From an uncultured Clostridium sp. (GTDB taxonomy: Bacteria > Bacillota > Clostridia > TANB77 > CAG-508), in the NCBI GenBank assembly GCA_947365805.1, contig CANAZY010000001.1, forward strand, positions 29,221-93,220: a DNA stretch of 64,000 nucleotides, in the 5' to 3' direction. Position 1 is the first letter of the stretch, and each line of letters starts with the position of its first letter. The notes under the pieces are model-generated. The model worked only from the letters and a program-made list of their open reading frames with translations. It did no database searches and was not told where the DNA came from. Positions 19,365 to 30,338 of the stretch are shown piece after piece. The position numbers were made by a program, and so were the translations under genes.

Positions 19365-22035
19365 TTATTGTATTCTACCAAAATCCAAGAAATGATTTTG
19401 CCAATAAGATGTTTCTATACTTGTGACAGAAATTGGGTCACCACAGTGAATCATTTTTCCATCTCCTACATATATTCCAACATGGCTTGCACCAGATGTA
19501 GCATATGTTCCTTGAAAGAAGACTAAATCCCCTGGCTTTGCTTGTTCTTTTGATACATAAGCACAATGTTTACGAAGTCCATTTGCATTTGGTCTACCAA
19601 CACTTCCTACCCCAGATTGATTGATAACCCAACTTACATATCCAGAACAGTCAAATCCTGTCTCTGGTGAACTTCCTCCCCATACATATGGAGTTCCTAA
19701 GTACTTTGAAGCTTCTTCATACATTGCTGCAAATTGTGGGTCTGATAAGGCCTCTCCAGATATTTCATATCCAAATCCTTGACCTCCACCTGCATTTATA
19801 CTAATGTTAATTCCTACTGCTTCGTAGAATCTAGACATTTGGGCAAGGGTTGAACTAATCCAGTCATCTGCTTGGGTTGGGTGAAGTGCTGTGTTTGGAC
19901 AGTAAATTTTTCCAATATCAGCAACTGTGTAATTTCCTTGTGGGTAGTATCTTTGCGTTTTTCCTTCACCAGAAATAAATTTACCAAAGGCATCAATTCC
20001 TTCATAATCGGATGCATATTTTCTCCAGTTATAGGTTTCTCCTTTTTTGTTTGTTACGGTTTTATACGGTCCATCTTTTCCTGTTATGTTAAACCAGTTG
20101 TGACATTCATTTATGGCATTTCCTGCCCTTCCTCCACTTGTTTCCGTAATCGAAACAGCTGCTGCAAAAATGGCATTTACTTTATATTTATCTTGCATGT
20201 CTAGAAATGCTTGTGCATTGGCTACTAGTTTTTCGTTTCCTGAATATCCACCTTGAAATGCTCTTATTAAAGTCTCTACATCTTTAATAAATAAGTTTTC
20301 ATCATGTACATCAAAGTTTCCAACATAACTTCCTTCCACGAATTCAAATGGTTCATACATGCTAGTAAAGGCTGCTGTATAGAACGTTCCTTGTTCTAAT
20401 TCTTCACTGTTCATGTACACACGAATCATTTCTTTCATTAGTTCGGCATGTGTTTGTGTTGTAACACTGCTTTGTAAATACTCGTATAATTCATCTCTTG
20501 CCGTTACAATACTATCTACTGGAGTGGTTGTTAGTGTAATACTTTCTAGTTTTGGATATTTTACTAATTTTCCTACTTTACCATGTCCGTACTGCTTTAT
20601 ATGGCGCTCCTTTTACATAGGTTCCTGTTTCATTTGCCCATAATCCCATAAATTCGGATGGCGTAATTACGGTTTTCGTATCTCCTGCTTTTATCCACTC
20701 TTTTTTAATAATTTCAGCATACTTATATTCGCTTCTCTCGGTATCCCAACTTCCATGATCTCCTGGATCATCTCCAGGTGGTAACTCTGTATTTGTTCCA
20801 TTTGGTCCATATGGATAATCTCTTGTTTCTTGTAATTTATATTCCGTTTCTTGTTCAATAATCCATGTTTTTGCTTTTGTAACATTTGCTTTTACATTAT
20901 CGGTTACAATAATGGTTTCTGTTGTTTCATCAATATCATGTGTATATTCTTTCCACTCTGTTCTAGAAACTCCTGTAACAGTTTCTCCTGAAGTCATTAC
21001 CTCCCTTGGTTCCCAACCATGTCTTTGTGCTTTGTAATTATAGATATTTTTATTGGTGGTAAATTGGTCAAAAATCGTAAATTCAATAAAGCTTTGTTTT
21101 GTCATTAATTCTGCTACTGCATCTACATAGTTTGCATTATGAGTAACCATTTGTAAATCGATTAAAAATAGAAATGGTACTGTATATTGCGCTACCATGG
21201 TACGATATGGTATTTTAATTTCGGATATTGTATATTCAGATACAGTATTTCTTAATTCTCCATGGCTATACGTGTTTACTGTTTTTTTGTATGGTTTTGC
21301 AATACATAAATTCCAAGATTCATCCAAAGAATAATAATTCATAATTTGGTCTTTTACTTTACTATCATCCGTTTGTAGCATTTCTTGAAACGTTTGGTAA
21401 CCTATGTACGTTAAATCTTTTGATTCTTCCTCTTGTCTTCTTTTTATTCGGATAATCCCTTTCGTTTCTTCATCACTTCCTTCTATATAAGGAAGTTCTC
21501 CTGCTAATGCTGCATTAATATATTTAGATAAATGCTTAAATGCTGGCATATCTGGATTAAAAAAGAGAATTTCGTCTCCTATTATAACATAATCTCCATC
21601 ATATCCAAGTTCTAATGAATTTAAGTCAATATTATCGTTTTGATTCAATCTTAAAATTAGATTTTTTAAAAACGCTTCTTTATCTATGTGAATTCCTGTA
21701 TCATCAATGGTACAATAATCTTCTAATGCTTGATAGGTTACTTCATCAATCGCTTGTGCATTCATTTGGTCAATATAATCATCAACTGCAACAATTACGA
21801 TAAATATGGTAATAAATATCAATAATCCCAGTATCACTGGCCATGCAATTGCTGCTATTTTTGCTGCTATTTTTACCCATGCTTCTGCCATTTTCTTTTT
21901 TAGTTCTTGTTTTGCTGCTTGTTTCAGTTGATTTTCCTTTTGCTTCTGGATTTGATTTAGTGCCTGTTTTGCAAAATCACCTGCCATATTTGATTGCTTT
22001 TGTTGTTCTTGTTGTTCTTGATTTTCTTCGTCCAT
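19365..22035 (-). CDS. TcpG-like cell-wall hydrolase: N-terminal TM plus large domain, a GH73 glucosaminidase-like region and C-terminal NlpC/P60. The 485-aa and 357-aa ORFs fuse through a +1 CGGA site (plus-strand TCCG, 20586-20589).
   Basis: The frame is continuous for 46 codons from ...GAPYKAV-(c)G-HGKVGKL... into MKEMIRVY... C-terminal CSGYVSW...H..GIYVGDGKMIHCG (NlpC/P60 Cys-His), and AIFAAAVSITETSGG..NWRKY (GH73-like). Confidence 0.7.
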
Positions 22036-22072
22036 ATGTCACCTCTTTTCATTATCCTATTATTTTTTCCAT

Positions 22073-23041
22073 TTAGATATCAATCGTTAGTCGTAATCGG
22101 TTGGTATATTCTTGTTTATTTTGTGTTAATTGATATTTCTCATAATCCATAATAATATCTCCAAATACCATTTGTCTCATTACCGTCTTATTGGAATATA
22201 TTTTATTAAATCGAATGGTATATTTTTTACTTTCTTGTGGCTCTAGTACACTATCATGTTGGTCAATTTCATACGAAAAAGCATTATAATGATTTTCATT
22301 TGAACCTACTAAATACATCGAATCTACTTTTTCTTTGCTATCCCATAAAATGGTTTTGTCTGTTTCGTTTTGAATCACAACATCATACGTTTCATATTCT
22401 TTATAAATATCTTTACAAACAATACTTATGGTAATTCCATTTATTTGTTTTTGTTTATTGACAGTTTCTCTTCGAATATAGCTGTTAATGTTTAGTTTGT
22501 ACCCATCTTGTTGTTCCATAATGGTATAATAATCTTCTATTTTACTTTGGGAAGCATTTAGTTTTCCTGTTGATAGCATATCATCTTGTATGGTTACTCG
22601 GTATGTATTAAGATAACCACTTACCCAACTTTGAATCGTAACCATTTTTTTACTTGTAAATATTCTATCCACATAATTTTGTTTAAAATAGTCCATATTT
22701 CCAAAAAAGACTTCTTCTTTACATTCGTCTGTTAATAAGTTATATGCTTGTTCTATTTCTTGGTTATTGCAATATGCCATAAATTGTTCAATGATTCTAG
22801 TATTTACTTCTTGTTTATCTTTTGGTACTTCATTTCCCGTAATAACTGCTTGGGAATAAGAATCTTGTTTGATTGTTTGTGTATTTTCTATGTTATTATT
22901 TTGTAACAGTGCCTCTTGTTTGATGTTATTGTTTATCATTTGTATGATATATAAAACAAGGACAATGGCAAAGATTACCGCAAATATAACATATCGACTT
23001 TCAAATATATTTCTTCTTATGTTACTATTTTTAATAATCAT
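22073..23041 (-). CDS. hypothetical membrane-anchored protein (322 aa)
   Basis: Single N-terminal TM segment; conjugation-cluster context. Confidence 0.4.
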   Translation of the reverse strand: MIIKNSNIRRNIFESRYVIFAVIFAIVLVLYIIQMINNNIKQEALLQNNNIENTQTIKQDSYSQAVITGNEVPKDKQEVNTRIIEQFMAYCNNQEIEQAYNLLTDECKEEVFFGNMDYFKQNYVDRIFTSKKMVTIQSWVSGYLNTYRVTIQDDMLSTGKLNASQSKIEDYYTIMEQQDGYKLNINSYIRRETVNKQKQINGITISIVCKDIYKEYETYDVVIQNETDKTILWDSKEKVDSMYLVGSNENHYNAFSYEIDQHDSVLEPQESKKYTIRFNKIYSNKTVMRQMVFGDIIMDYEKYQLTQNKQEYTNRLRLTIDI

Positions 23042-23068
23042 CCCATTATCCTCCTGTTTTATGCTACT

Positions 23069-25750
23069 TTATACAGCACTATTTCTCCAATCTTCATATC
23101 CTTGGAAGATTTGTCTTGCAATTGCTTCATTATTTGCTTTTTGTTTTTCGTCTTTTGCTTCTCCCAACATTCCTGAAATACGATTAATTTCTTTGTTCTT
23201 AACTTTTTCATCGGAATATGCTTTTTTATCAATATCCATGTCTGTATAACTTTGTACAATATTTTGTACTTGTGCTCTTGCATCTTTTCTAGATAGTTCT
23301 TTTCTGTTTTTATCCTTTTTACGTGCATCTTCATTTTCTTTGATATATTTATCTTCTAATGCTTTTGCTCTTCTAATATCACTTTCTTTTGTGATTCCAG
23401 CCTTTCGATAATCTTCTACAAATTCCTTTACTTGGTCTTTGGTATAACCATCTTTTTTGTAATATTTTTCATAGAAATTATTAAATTTCTGACTTCTAAA
23501 ATATTCTTTATCTGCTCTTGCATTTCTTGCATCAGTTCTATTGCCATATTTTCCTGCTCCATATGCATCACGAACATTTTCTTCTTGCATCACTTTTCCA
23601 GCCGTTGCTTCAAACACATTTCCACCTGTTGCAAAACCAATTGCACCTGCTCCAAGAGCCATTGATAGAGCTTTATCTCCATCTCCTGTGGTAGCACCAA
23701 TAATTCCTCCCATTGCCATCATACCTACTGCAGGCATAATTCTTGCCGCTGTTTTTAAGGTTCCTCTTGCTGCTGTGTATGCGGCAGCTGGTGCTGCTGC
23801 TTTTATTCCTCTCCAGGTTTGATATGCTTTTATTTTACGTTTTCTTGATAATTCTCCAGATTCTTTGTCTCGTTTACGTTGTTCTTTCTTTTCTGCCTTT
23901 AATGCCCACTTCTGTTCTCTTCTTTCTTGTGCTAGTTGTCTATCTCTATCTCGCATTTGTTTCCATGTCTCTGGTTGCTCTGCTATTGGAATGCTTGGTG
24001 TAGGCGTTTCTTCTTGTGGAGCTCCTTGTGAAGGTGCCTCGTCCATTGGAGGAGGTGGTGGCACATCATTTTCTTCTTCTGGTAACTGATTTTCTTGTTC
24101 TTTTAAATCTTGATATCTTCTTTGCAAATCTTGATGTTCTGGATCTAAAAAGTATGGATCTGTTTCATCATAACTTGCAAGTTGTTCTTCTAATTCTTTT
24201 CTTTGTTGTTCTTCTAGAGATGATTCTCTATTTCCAGCCCCCTCTCCTTCTAGCGGTGGTGGTGGTACATCATTTTCTCCTTGTCCCGAATTTCCATTAT
24301 TGGATGATGGTGCATTTGGAGCTGTTGTTTGTGAGTTTGCTTCATCTGGTGATGGTAGTCCTCCACCTTGTGTACTGCCTCCACCTACAACATCATTTGC
24401 ATCTTTTCCTTTAAATGCTTTAAATGGTTTGTTAGCTCCATCATCTTTTCCTTGTCTTTCTCCTGAGTCTTTTGTTCTAATTTTTCCATTTCCGCCACCA
24501 GCAGGTGCTTTTTTTCCAACATCGTTTAGCATTTTTCCTGCCATAGTTGTAACTCCAGCTGCAGCTGCCAATGAACCAACAGTTCCTCCACTTGCTTTAT
24601 CAAATCCGAACATTTTCTTCACTAATTTTTCAGCAGCTATAATAAATCCTAAGCACACAACTGCATAAAGAGGGTTCTTTGCTGCAAGTTCTATGGCACT
24701 ACCTAATAATACTTTATATAATAACAAATGAACTGGTTGAATTAAGGCATTATAGGTATATTCTTTTAACCAAATATTAAACGCTTGTGCCTTTCCATCT
24801 CCTACTTTATCAATTGGATAAGTTAGGGCAACCATTGGCGCCATTAAGGTTAAAAACGCCATGTTAACAACCCTTTTTAAATATACCCAAGTAAAACGAA
24901 TAGAATAAATGACTAACATAACATATAGTGCAAAAAAGGCTATTTTAATATTTAAGTCTTCTGCTTGTACCATAAAGCGGACATAACTCATAAGATTACT
25001 AGAAAACTCTAGTGTTCCCCCACTACTCCACCAATGTGGATCGATGTTTGTTGCTGTAACTCTAAGTGTTTGTGAACCAGAAGATACCATAGATGTTATC
25101 GTTTCTGCCATGGTTAAGGCAAATGCCATAATGTAGTGTAATACCAGTACCAAACATATAGCAATAACCCAATCCATTAGCATCTTTTTATATTTTGCTT
25201 TGTCTGCTGCTAAACTTGTCATTAGCATTCGAATTCCTAAATAAATTAGTACAGATAATAGTCCAACTACCGCAATACTACGAAGTGCTAAATACCAACT
25301 TGCAATGGTTCCTCTTAACTGTACAGCTGTATTTCTATCATCATTTCCTTTGATAGATGGTGTAATAAAGTTAATATCCAATGCTGGTACTTGGTTTTGA
25401 AAAATGGCTTCTGGTGTATAGTTAATACGTGGAACTTGAACCGCATCAATTCCAAAGAAACTTCCATCAATTTCAGCATCTGTTGTAATACTTCCTCCAA
25501 CACTTCCTGATATGTCATATGTACCCGAACCGATATCCTTCATAAAGGATTCTGTTTCTCCTAGCATTGTCATTTCAAGTAAATGTTGAATACCATCAAA
25601 TATTGCCGTTACAAATGCAAAAATTGGGCTAAGTAACTTTCCTCCCCAGTCAGCTTGTACTGGTGCTGGTGTTACAAAGGTTGTTAAAATTACAATTAGT
25701 ATGGCAATGACTGTCTTTTGTACAACTCCTTTATTCGTAAAAAACTTCAT
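23069..25750 (-). CDS. VirB6/TcpH-like polytopic conjugal-transfer membrane protein with a long low-complexity charged/Pro-Gly-rich C-terminus
   Basis: Multiple TM helices in the N-terminal ~450 aa, positioned next to VirB4 as in Tn916 orf15 / pCW3 tcpH; the tail is Gly/Pro/Glu-rich. Confidence 0.55.
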   Translation of the reverse strand: MKFFTNKGVVQKTVIAILIVILTTFVTPAPVQADWGGKLLSPIFAFVTAIFDGIQHLLEMTMLGETESFMKDIGSGTYDISGSVGGSITTDAEIDGSFFGIDAVQVPRINYTPEAIFQNQVPALDINFITPSIKGNDDRNTAVQLRGTIASWYLALRSIAVVGLLSVLIYLGIRMLMTSLAADKAKYKKMLMDWVIAICLVLVLHYIMAFALTMAETITSMVSSGSQTLRVTATNIDPHWWSSGGTLEFSSNLMSYVRFMVQAEDLNIKIAFFALYVMLVIYSIRFTWVYLKRVVNMAFLTLMAPMVALTYPIDKVGDGKAQAFNIWLKEYTYNALIQPVHLLLYKVLLGSAIELAAKNPLYAVVCLGFIIAAEKLVKKMFGFDKASGGTVGSLAAAAGVTTMAGKMLNDVGKKAPAGGGNGKIRTKDSGERQGKDDGANKPFKAFKGKDANDVVGGGSTQGGGLPSPDEANSQTTAPNAPSSNNGNSGQGENDVPPPPLEGEGAGNRESSLEEQQRKELEEQLASYDETDPYFLDPEHQDLQRRYQDLKEQENQLPEEENDVPPPPPMDEAPSQGAPQEETPTPSIPIAEQPETWKQMRDRDRQLAQERREQKWALKAEKKEQRKRDKESGELSRKRKIKAYQTWRGIKAAAPAAAYTAARGTLKTAARIMPAVGMMAMGGIIGATTGDGDKALSMALGAGAIGFATGGNVFEATAGKVMQEENVRDAYGAGKYGNRTDARNARADKEYFRSQKFNNFYEKYYKKDGYTKDQVKEFVEDYRKAGITKESDIRRAKALEDKYIKENEDARKKDKNRKELSRKDARAQVQNIVQSYTDMDIDKKAYSDEKVKNKEINRISGMLGEAKDEKQKANNEAIARQIFQGYEDWRNSAV

Positions 25751-25762
25751 GGTTTCCCCTTT

Positions 25763-27742
25763 CTATTGGATTGCTTTTTTCTTTTTCATGTTTACAATAT
25801 TATTTAAGTTTGTTTCTACAAACTCAAATTCTTTTGCGGTTGGTGTAATTTGTAAAATCGCAGTATCTTGTCCTACTTTTAATAATCCCTCTCCTTTTAA
25901 ACAAGTTACTAAGAAACCTGCTTCTCCTTCGGAAAGTTTAAATACTTCTTTTAAGTATTGGATTTCAGATTTATCTTGTGCTAAAAATAATTTTGTATCT
26001 GATGATGTTAGTACTGCTTGTGCTTCTTGTTTTTCATAAAAGTCTTGGAATCTTTGTGAAATAATGGCTAACGATACATTTCTTTTTCTGGCACGTCTTG
26101 CCATGGTATTTAAGAAATCTACGGCTTCTGGATATGGAAGTAACATCCATGCCTCGTCCACAAGTACCCTTTTCTTCTTTGCTTTTGTCCTATCTTCACT
26201 GTTTTTCTTAACGTATTTTTCCCAAATCCAAGAAAGTAAGATTTGTTGTGCAAGTGGTCTTGCAAATCTTTCTTCTAGTTGAGAAATGTCTAAGTTGATA
26301 AATGGCACACCTTCTAATAATTCGAAAGTGGATTGTCCATCAAAATAAGCCATTTGTCCTTCGTATTCACGAATGTATTGTTTCATAACTTTTAGTAAAT
26401 AGCTGTAATGGAATTTGTAATCGGTGTTGTCGTTTTCTTGGGCTTTTCTTAAAATTCTTTTATACCAGCTACCAATGGTTGGCATTAATTTTTTCTTTCT
26501 TGCAAGCATATTTCCTGTTGCCATATTGGCTGCAGAATCGTATAAACTTGATGGGTCAGATGTGATTTTCATCGCTGCATATTCTTCGGAAACAGCTTCT
26601 GCTATAATTTGTTTGGTTAATTCGTTTACTTCATCACTTCTTGTACTACCTCTTGCCATGGTAAGTAGAGCTTGTGTTACGTCTTCTACTTTGTTTTCTA
26701 CGTTAACAACCACTCTTTCTTTTCCGGTAATTTCGTCTTTTATAATTTCTGGTTCAATATCAAATAAGTTGATAACAGTTTTCGATGTTGGGCTTAATAC
26801 GACGTTAATTCCTCCTAGGGATTCGGCAACAATGGTGTACTCACCTTCGGCGTCTAGTGCTAAGCTTTCAATTCCCATTAATACAGCTGACCTTGAAATT
26901 AGCGTCTTCATGGTTACGGATTTACCAGCTCCAGATTTTGCGAATATTACCATGTTATAGTTGGTAAGGGATGGATGGAAGTTATCAAATAAAATGGGAA
27001 CTCCTGTCTGTTTGTTAAATCCTAATGGAACTCCTGTAGAGTGTCCTACTTCTGAAGTTGTAAATGGGAATACTGTTCCCATCGAACGTCTATCAAAGGT
27101 ATGTACTTTTTTTAGTTTATTATCCATTAACGGTAAATTACTTTTAAACGCGTCTTCTTGTATTCCCCATGCACTTTTTACACTAACTAAAGATTTTGAC
27201 ATTTCGGTTGATAATAATGCTGTTAGTTTATCTAAATCTTCTAGGCTATAAGCAAACATGGTTGAAACAATGGATGCTTCAAATAGTTTGTTATATCCTG
27301 CAGCAATTTCATCTCTTAATTGTTCTGCTTCATATCGTTTTTGTCCTACGGTACTTTGTCTGTTAATGTTTCCACGGTCTGCTGCTACAATTCTTTCGGT
27401 TTCTAATTGGTTAATAACCCTGTTTAATTCGTTTTGTGATTTTGCTTCTGGTACTGGGTTAATGTATATGGATGTATTGGTATCTCCAAATAAGTATAAG
27501 TCACGGAACAACTCTGGGAATGTTGCCATTCTTGGAAGGGATGATACAAAGAAACTTCTTGCATATCTCTTGGTATTGGATATAATTTCTAAGTGGTCAA
27601 TGTTTGAGGCATCAATTCCAGATGGTGCTATTAATTCTTTAATCGTCTTTTTTCTTAAAATATTGTATTGGTCTTGGTTGTTATTCATTAGCTGCTGATT
27701 TTCTTCTTCTTGTTGTTTTCTTTTGTTTTTCTTCCACATCAT
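25763..27742 (-). CDS. VirB4/TcpF-like conjugation ATPase
   Basis: Walker A VIFAKSGAGKS and a Walker B-like RVLVDEAW; ~660 aa. Confidence 0.85.
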   Translation of the reverse strand: MMWKKNKRKQQEEENQQLMNNNQDQYNILRKKTIKELIAPSGIDASNIDHLEIISNTKRYARSFFVSSLPRMATFPELFRDLYLFGDTNTSIYINPVPEAKSQNELNRVINQLETERIVAADRGNINRQSTVGQKRYEAEQLRDEIAAGYNKLFEASIVSTMFAYSLEDLDKLTALLSTEMSKSLVSVKSAWGIQEDAFKSNLPLMDNKLKKVHTFDRRSMGTVFPFTTSEVGHSTGVPLGFNKQTGVPILFDNFHPSLTNYNMVIFAKSGAGKSVTMKTLISRSAVLMGIESLALDAEGEYTIVAESLGGINVVLSPTSKTVINLFDIEPEIIKDEITGKERVVVNVENKVEDVTQALLTMARGSTRSDEVNELTKQIIAEAVSEEYAAMKITSDPSSLYDSAANMATGNMLARKKKLMPTIGSWYKRILRKAQENDNTDYKFHYSYLLKVMKQYIREYEGQMAYFDGQSTFELLEGVPFINLDISQLEERFARPLAQQILLSWIWEKYVKKNSEDRTKAKKKRVLVDEAWMLLPYPEAVDFLNTMARRARKRNVSLAIISQRFQDFYEKQEAQAVLTSSDTKLFLAQDKSEIQYLKEVFKLSEGEAGFLVTCLKGEGLLKVGQDTAILQITPTAKEFEFVETNLNNIVNMKKKKAIQ

Positions 27743-28907
27743 TTGTTCCTCCTTCCTCTTGGTTGTTTTCTTCTTCGATTAATCTAGTAGCAGATTCTGC
27801 TGTTTGTCTTCCTAAGTAGGCTGCATTTTGTTTAATAATCATTTGTGCTCTTTGTTTTACTAATTCTTCTAAACGTGCTCGTTTTTGGTCAATTTGTTGT
27901 TGTTTTGGGCTTCTTGCTTGGATTACTTTTTCATTTGCAAGTGCCATAGCTCTTCTTTCCACTTCTTCATCTAATGCTCTCATGGTTTTATCTAATACAT
28001 CTGGTGCAGTTGTGTATAATTCATCATAGCCAGAACGTGCTGCTCGGTCAATACTAAATACTTCTGCTTCATCACGATTATAAGCAATGTATAATAGGTC
28101 TGCTAATTCTTCAGAATTTAGTATTTTTCCTCCTACATCACATGCCGAAAGCGTTCGAATAATGGATTGTGCTCTTGTATATAGTTCTTGGAATGCAATG
28201 TTTCTAATTTCTTCTTTATCAAATGAGTTGTTTGGTCCTAAGTCTTCTACATAGTATGGAATAATGACATAGTATTTTTTACTTAATACGTTTTTGTTTA
28301 AACTCATTCTTTGGGTATTGGCAATAATGTCTTTTCCATATTCATACAGGTTCGTTTGTTTGGTAACTTCGAAGAAATCTTTATTTAATTCTTCTCTAGT
28401 TGCTGAACCAGATTGTAATTTTTTTAGATATTCATTTTTCTTTTTCTCTAATTCATATCCAATTTCCTCTACTTTTCTTTGGTAACCTTCAATACTATCG
28501 TTTAGGTTAACAGTTCTTGTTTGTACATAAATTTGAATAGGATGACGTAAGGTATTTAAGAATTGAAGAAATCCTTCTTCTACTCCTATTTTTTCGTTTT
28601 GTGACATTAAGTCATAGTTAACACCTTGGCATTCTACAACCATAATATAACGCATTCCCTTTTTTTGTATAATCATGTTGTCTTCAATGCCTTCAAATTC
28701 CATGAATTTCAAAATGGATTGTTTGGTATATTCTTTGGCAATTTTTTTCGCATCACTTGTTGTTTCTTCTTGCGTTTCTTCTTCTACTTTTTTCTTTCTA
28801 CTTCTTGTCCAGAAAAATAAGAATGCTGCTGCAAGTATTACTAATACGATAATCATCACAATTAATACAATGGTTAATACTTGTGTTACTTGGTCTGCAC
28901 TATTCAT
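27681..28907 (-). CDS. conjugation-associated membrane-anchored protein (408 aa), uncharacterised
   Basis: N-terminal TM segment, with the position between the TcpE-like gene and VirB4; the 3' end overlaps virB4 by 62 nt. Confidence 0.4.
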   Translation of the reverse strand: MNSADQVTQVLTIVLIVMIIVLVILAAAFLFFWTRSRKKKVEEETQEETTSDAKKIAKEYTKQSILKFMEFEGIEDNMIIQKKGMRYIMVVECQGVNYDLMSQNEKIGVEEGFLQFLNTLRHPIQIYVQTRTVNLNDSIEGYQRKVEEIGYELEKKKNEYLKKLQSGSATREELNKDFFEVTKQTNLYEYGKDIIANTQRMSLNKNVLSKKYYVIIPYYVEDLGPNNSFDKEEIRNIAFQELYTRAQSIIRTLSACDVGGKILNSEELADLLYIAYNRDEAEVFSIDRAARSGYDELYTTAPDVLDKTMRALDEEVERRAMALANEKVIQARSPKQQQIDQKRARLEELVKQRAQMIIKQNAAYLGRQTAESATRLIEEENNQEEGGTNDVEEKQKKTTRRRKSAANE

Positions 28908-29250
28908 CTTTGGTATCCTCCTCTATTTCATAGGTATAAATTCGATTATTTGCTTTTTTAAATTTAATGGCTCTTATAATAATATCGTCAATGTTTTCTC
29001 CACCAACTTTTTTCGTAAAAGCAAATGCCCCAACATCTGGAACTTTAAAGGTTCCAATACAAAATCCAATGACTGCAAATACGGCTACAATTAACATGCC
29101 TATCATCTTTGCGCCAAATGCTGCAATAATTAAATAAAAGATAAATCCTACTGCTGCTGCTACCGCTGTATATATCATTGATTTTCCTGTAAAGATAAAC
29201 AAAATTCTTCCTTCATCCTTTACATTTCTTGGTATATTGTATGGTCCCAT
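28900..29250 (-). CDS. small two-TM membrane protein (Tn916 Orf17 / TcpE-like)
   Basis: 116 aa with two hydrophobic helices, immediately upstream of the VirB4 region. Confidence 0.45.
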   Translation of the reverse strand: MGPYNIPRNVKDEGRILFIFTGKSMIYTAVAAAVGFIFYLIIAAFGAKMIGMLIVAVFAVIGFCIGTFKVPDVGAFAFTKKVGGENIDDIIIRAIKFKKANNRIYTYEIEEDTKDE

Positions 29251-29404
29251 GTTTTCCTCCTTTAAGGCATAATTTTAACTAATATCATTATACCAGAAAA
29301 AGCGAAAAAATGTAACATTTTCAGCGAAAATATTACATTTTTAATGTATTTGTAATATGAATGAAACAAAAAACCAAGAAAACGATGTTTTCTTGGTTTT
29401 ATAA

Positions 29405-29767
29405 TTAATTAGAACCTGTTAGTGATGTTGCCATATCGTATACGATACCTGCAATTGCAGAAGCACCAAAGATTAATACAGCACCTACTATGTATGGTAT
29501 CATTGATTTTTTGTAATCTGCTTTTTCTTCTGCACTTCCCATCATGTATTTAATACCTAAAATTAATAAAATTACAACTGCTACTAAAACACCTACTGTT
29601 CTTACAACACCAATAATTTGACCTCCTAATGTTGTTATTGTAGCTACGTTTGTTGGGTCTTGTGCTACAAAACTACTTGGTGTAACGGTTGCAAATGAAC
29701 TTGCACTAATCATAACAATTGCTAATACGATGCATAATACTGCAACTATTTTACTTGTTTTTTTCAT
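29405..29767 (-). CDS. VirB2/TrbC-like pilin candidate, paralog 1
   Basis: Signal peptide plus two hydrophobic helices; conserved core LGIKYMMGSAEEKADYKKSMIPYIVGAV shared with paralogs 2 and 3. Confidence 0.5.
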   Translation of the reverse strand: MKKTSKIVAVLCIVLAIVMISASSFATVTPSSFVAQDPTNVATITTLGGQIIGVVRTVGVLVAVVILLILGIKYMMGSAEEKADYKKSMIPYIVGAVLIFGASAIAGIVYDMATSLTGSN

Positions 29768-29939
29768 AATTTTCCTCCTAATTATATTATATTTATTTTT
29801 CTATTTTAATCTTCTCATTTGTTTTGAGAGAATATTAAAAACTTTATTCACATAGAGCCCCACTCTATATCTATTACTTATTATACCTGTTTTTTCGAGA
29901 TTTGTCTATAGTTATTGTCAAAAATTTTGTAAAATTTGT

Positions 29940-30335
29940 CTAATATATACTTTTTGTTACAATATCATACACCATTCCAATCAAATTTGGAATCGTAAAT
30001 ACCATAACTGCTCCTATAATATAGGGTACCATTGCTTCTTTGTAATTTGCCTTTTCTTCTGTACTTCCTATCATATATTTAATTCCTAATACCATTAAGA
30101 TAATAACCGATACAAACGTTCCAGCAAATCGAATAATTCCTAACACGAGATTTGCTCTTTCAATAAATTTTGTATTATTACTTTGTTCGTTTTGAGTCGG
30201 CTTATATTCTCCTGGACGTTCAATTGGGTCAATATAGTCTGCATACACTTGTCCATAGAAAGTAACTAGCATCACTAATAGTACCATAATGATTACAACT
30301 ACTTTTTTCATTTTCTTTTCCTCTTTCATTTTCAT
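29940..30335 (-). CDS. VirB2/TrbC-like pilin candidate, paralog 2
   Basis: LGIKYMIGSTEEKANYKEAMVPYIIGAV core, same topology. Confidence 0.5.
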   Translation of the reverse strand: MKMKEEKKMKKVVVIIMVLLVMLVTFYGQVYADYIDPIERPGEYKPTQNEQSNNTKFIERANLVLGIIRFAGTFVSVIILMVLGIKYMIGSTEEKANYKEAMVPYIIGAVMVFTIPNLIGMVYDIVTKSIY

Positions 30336-30338
30336 CTT

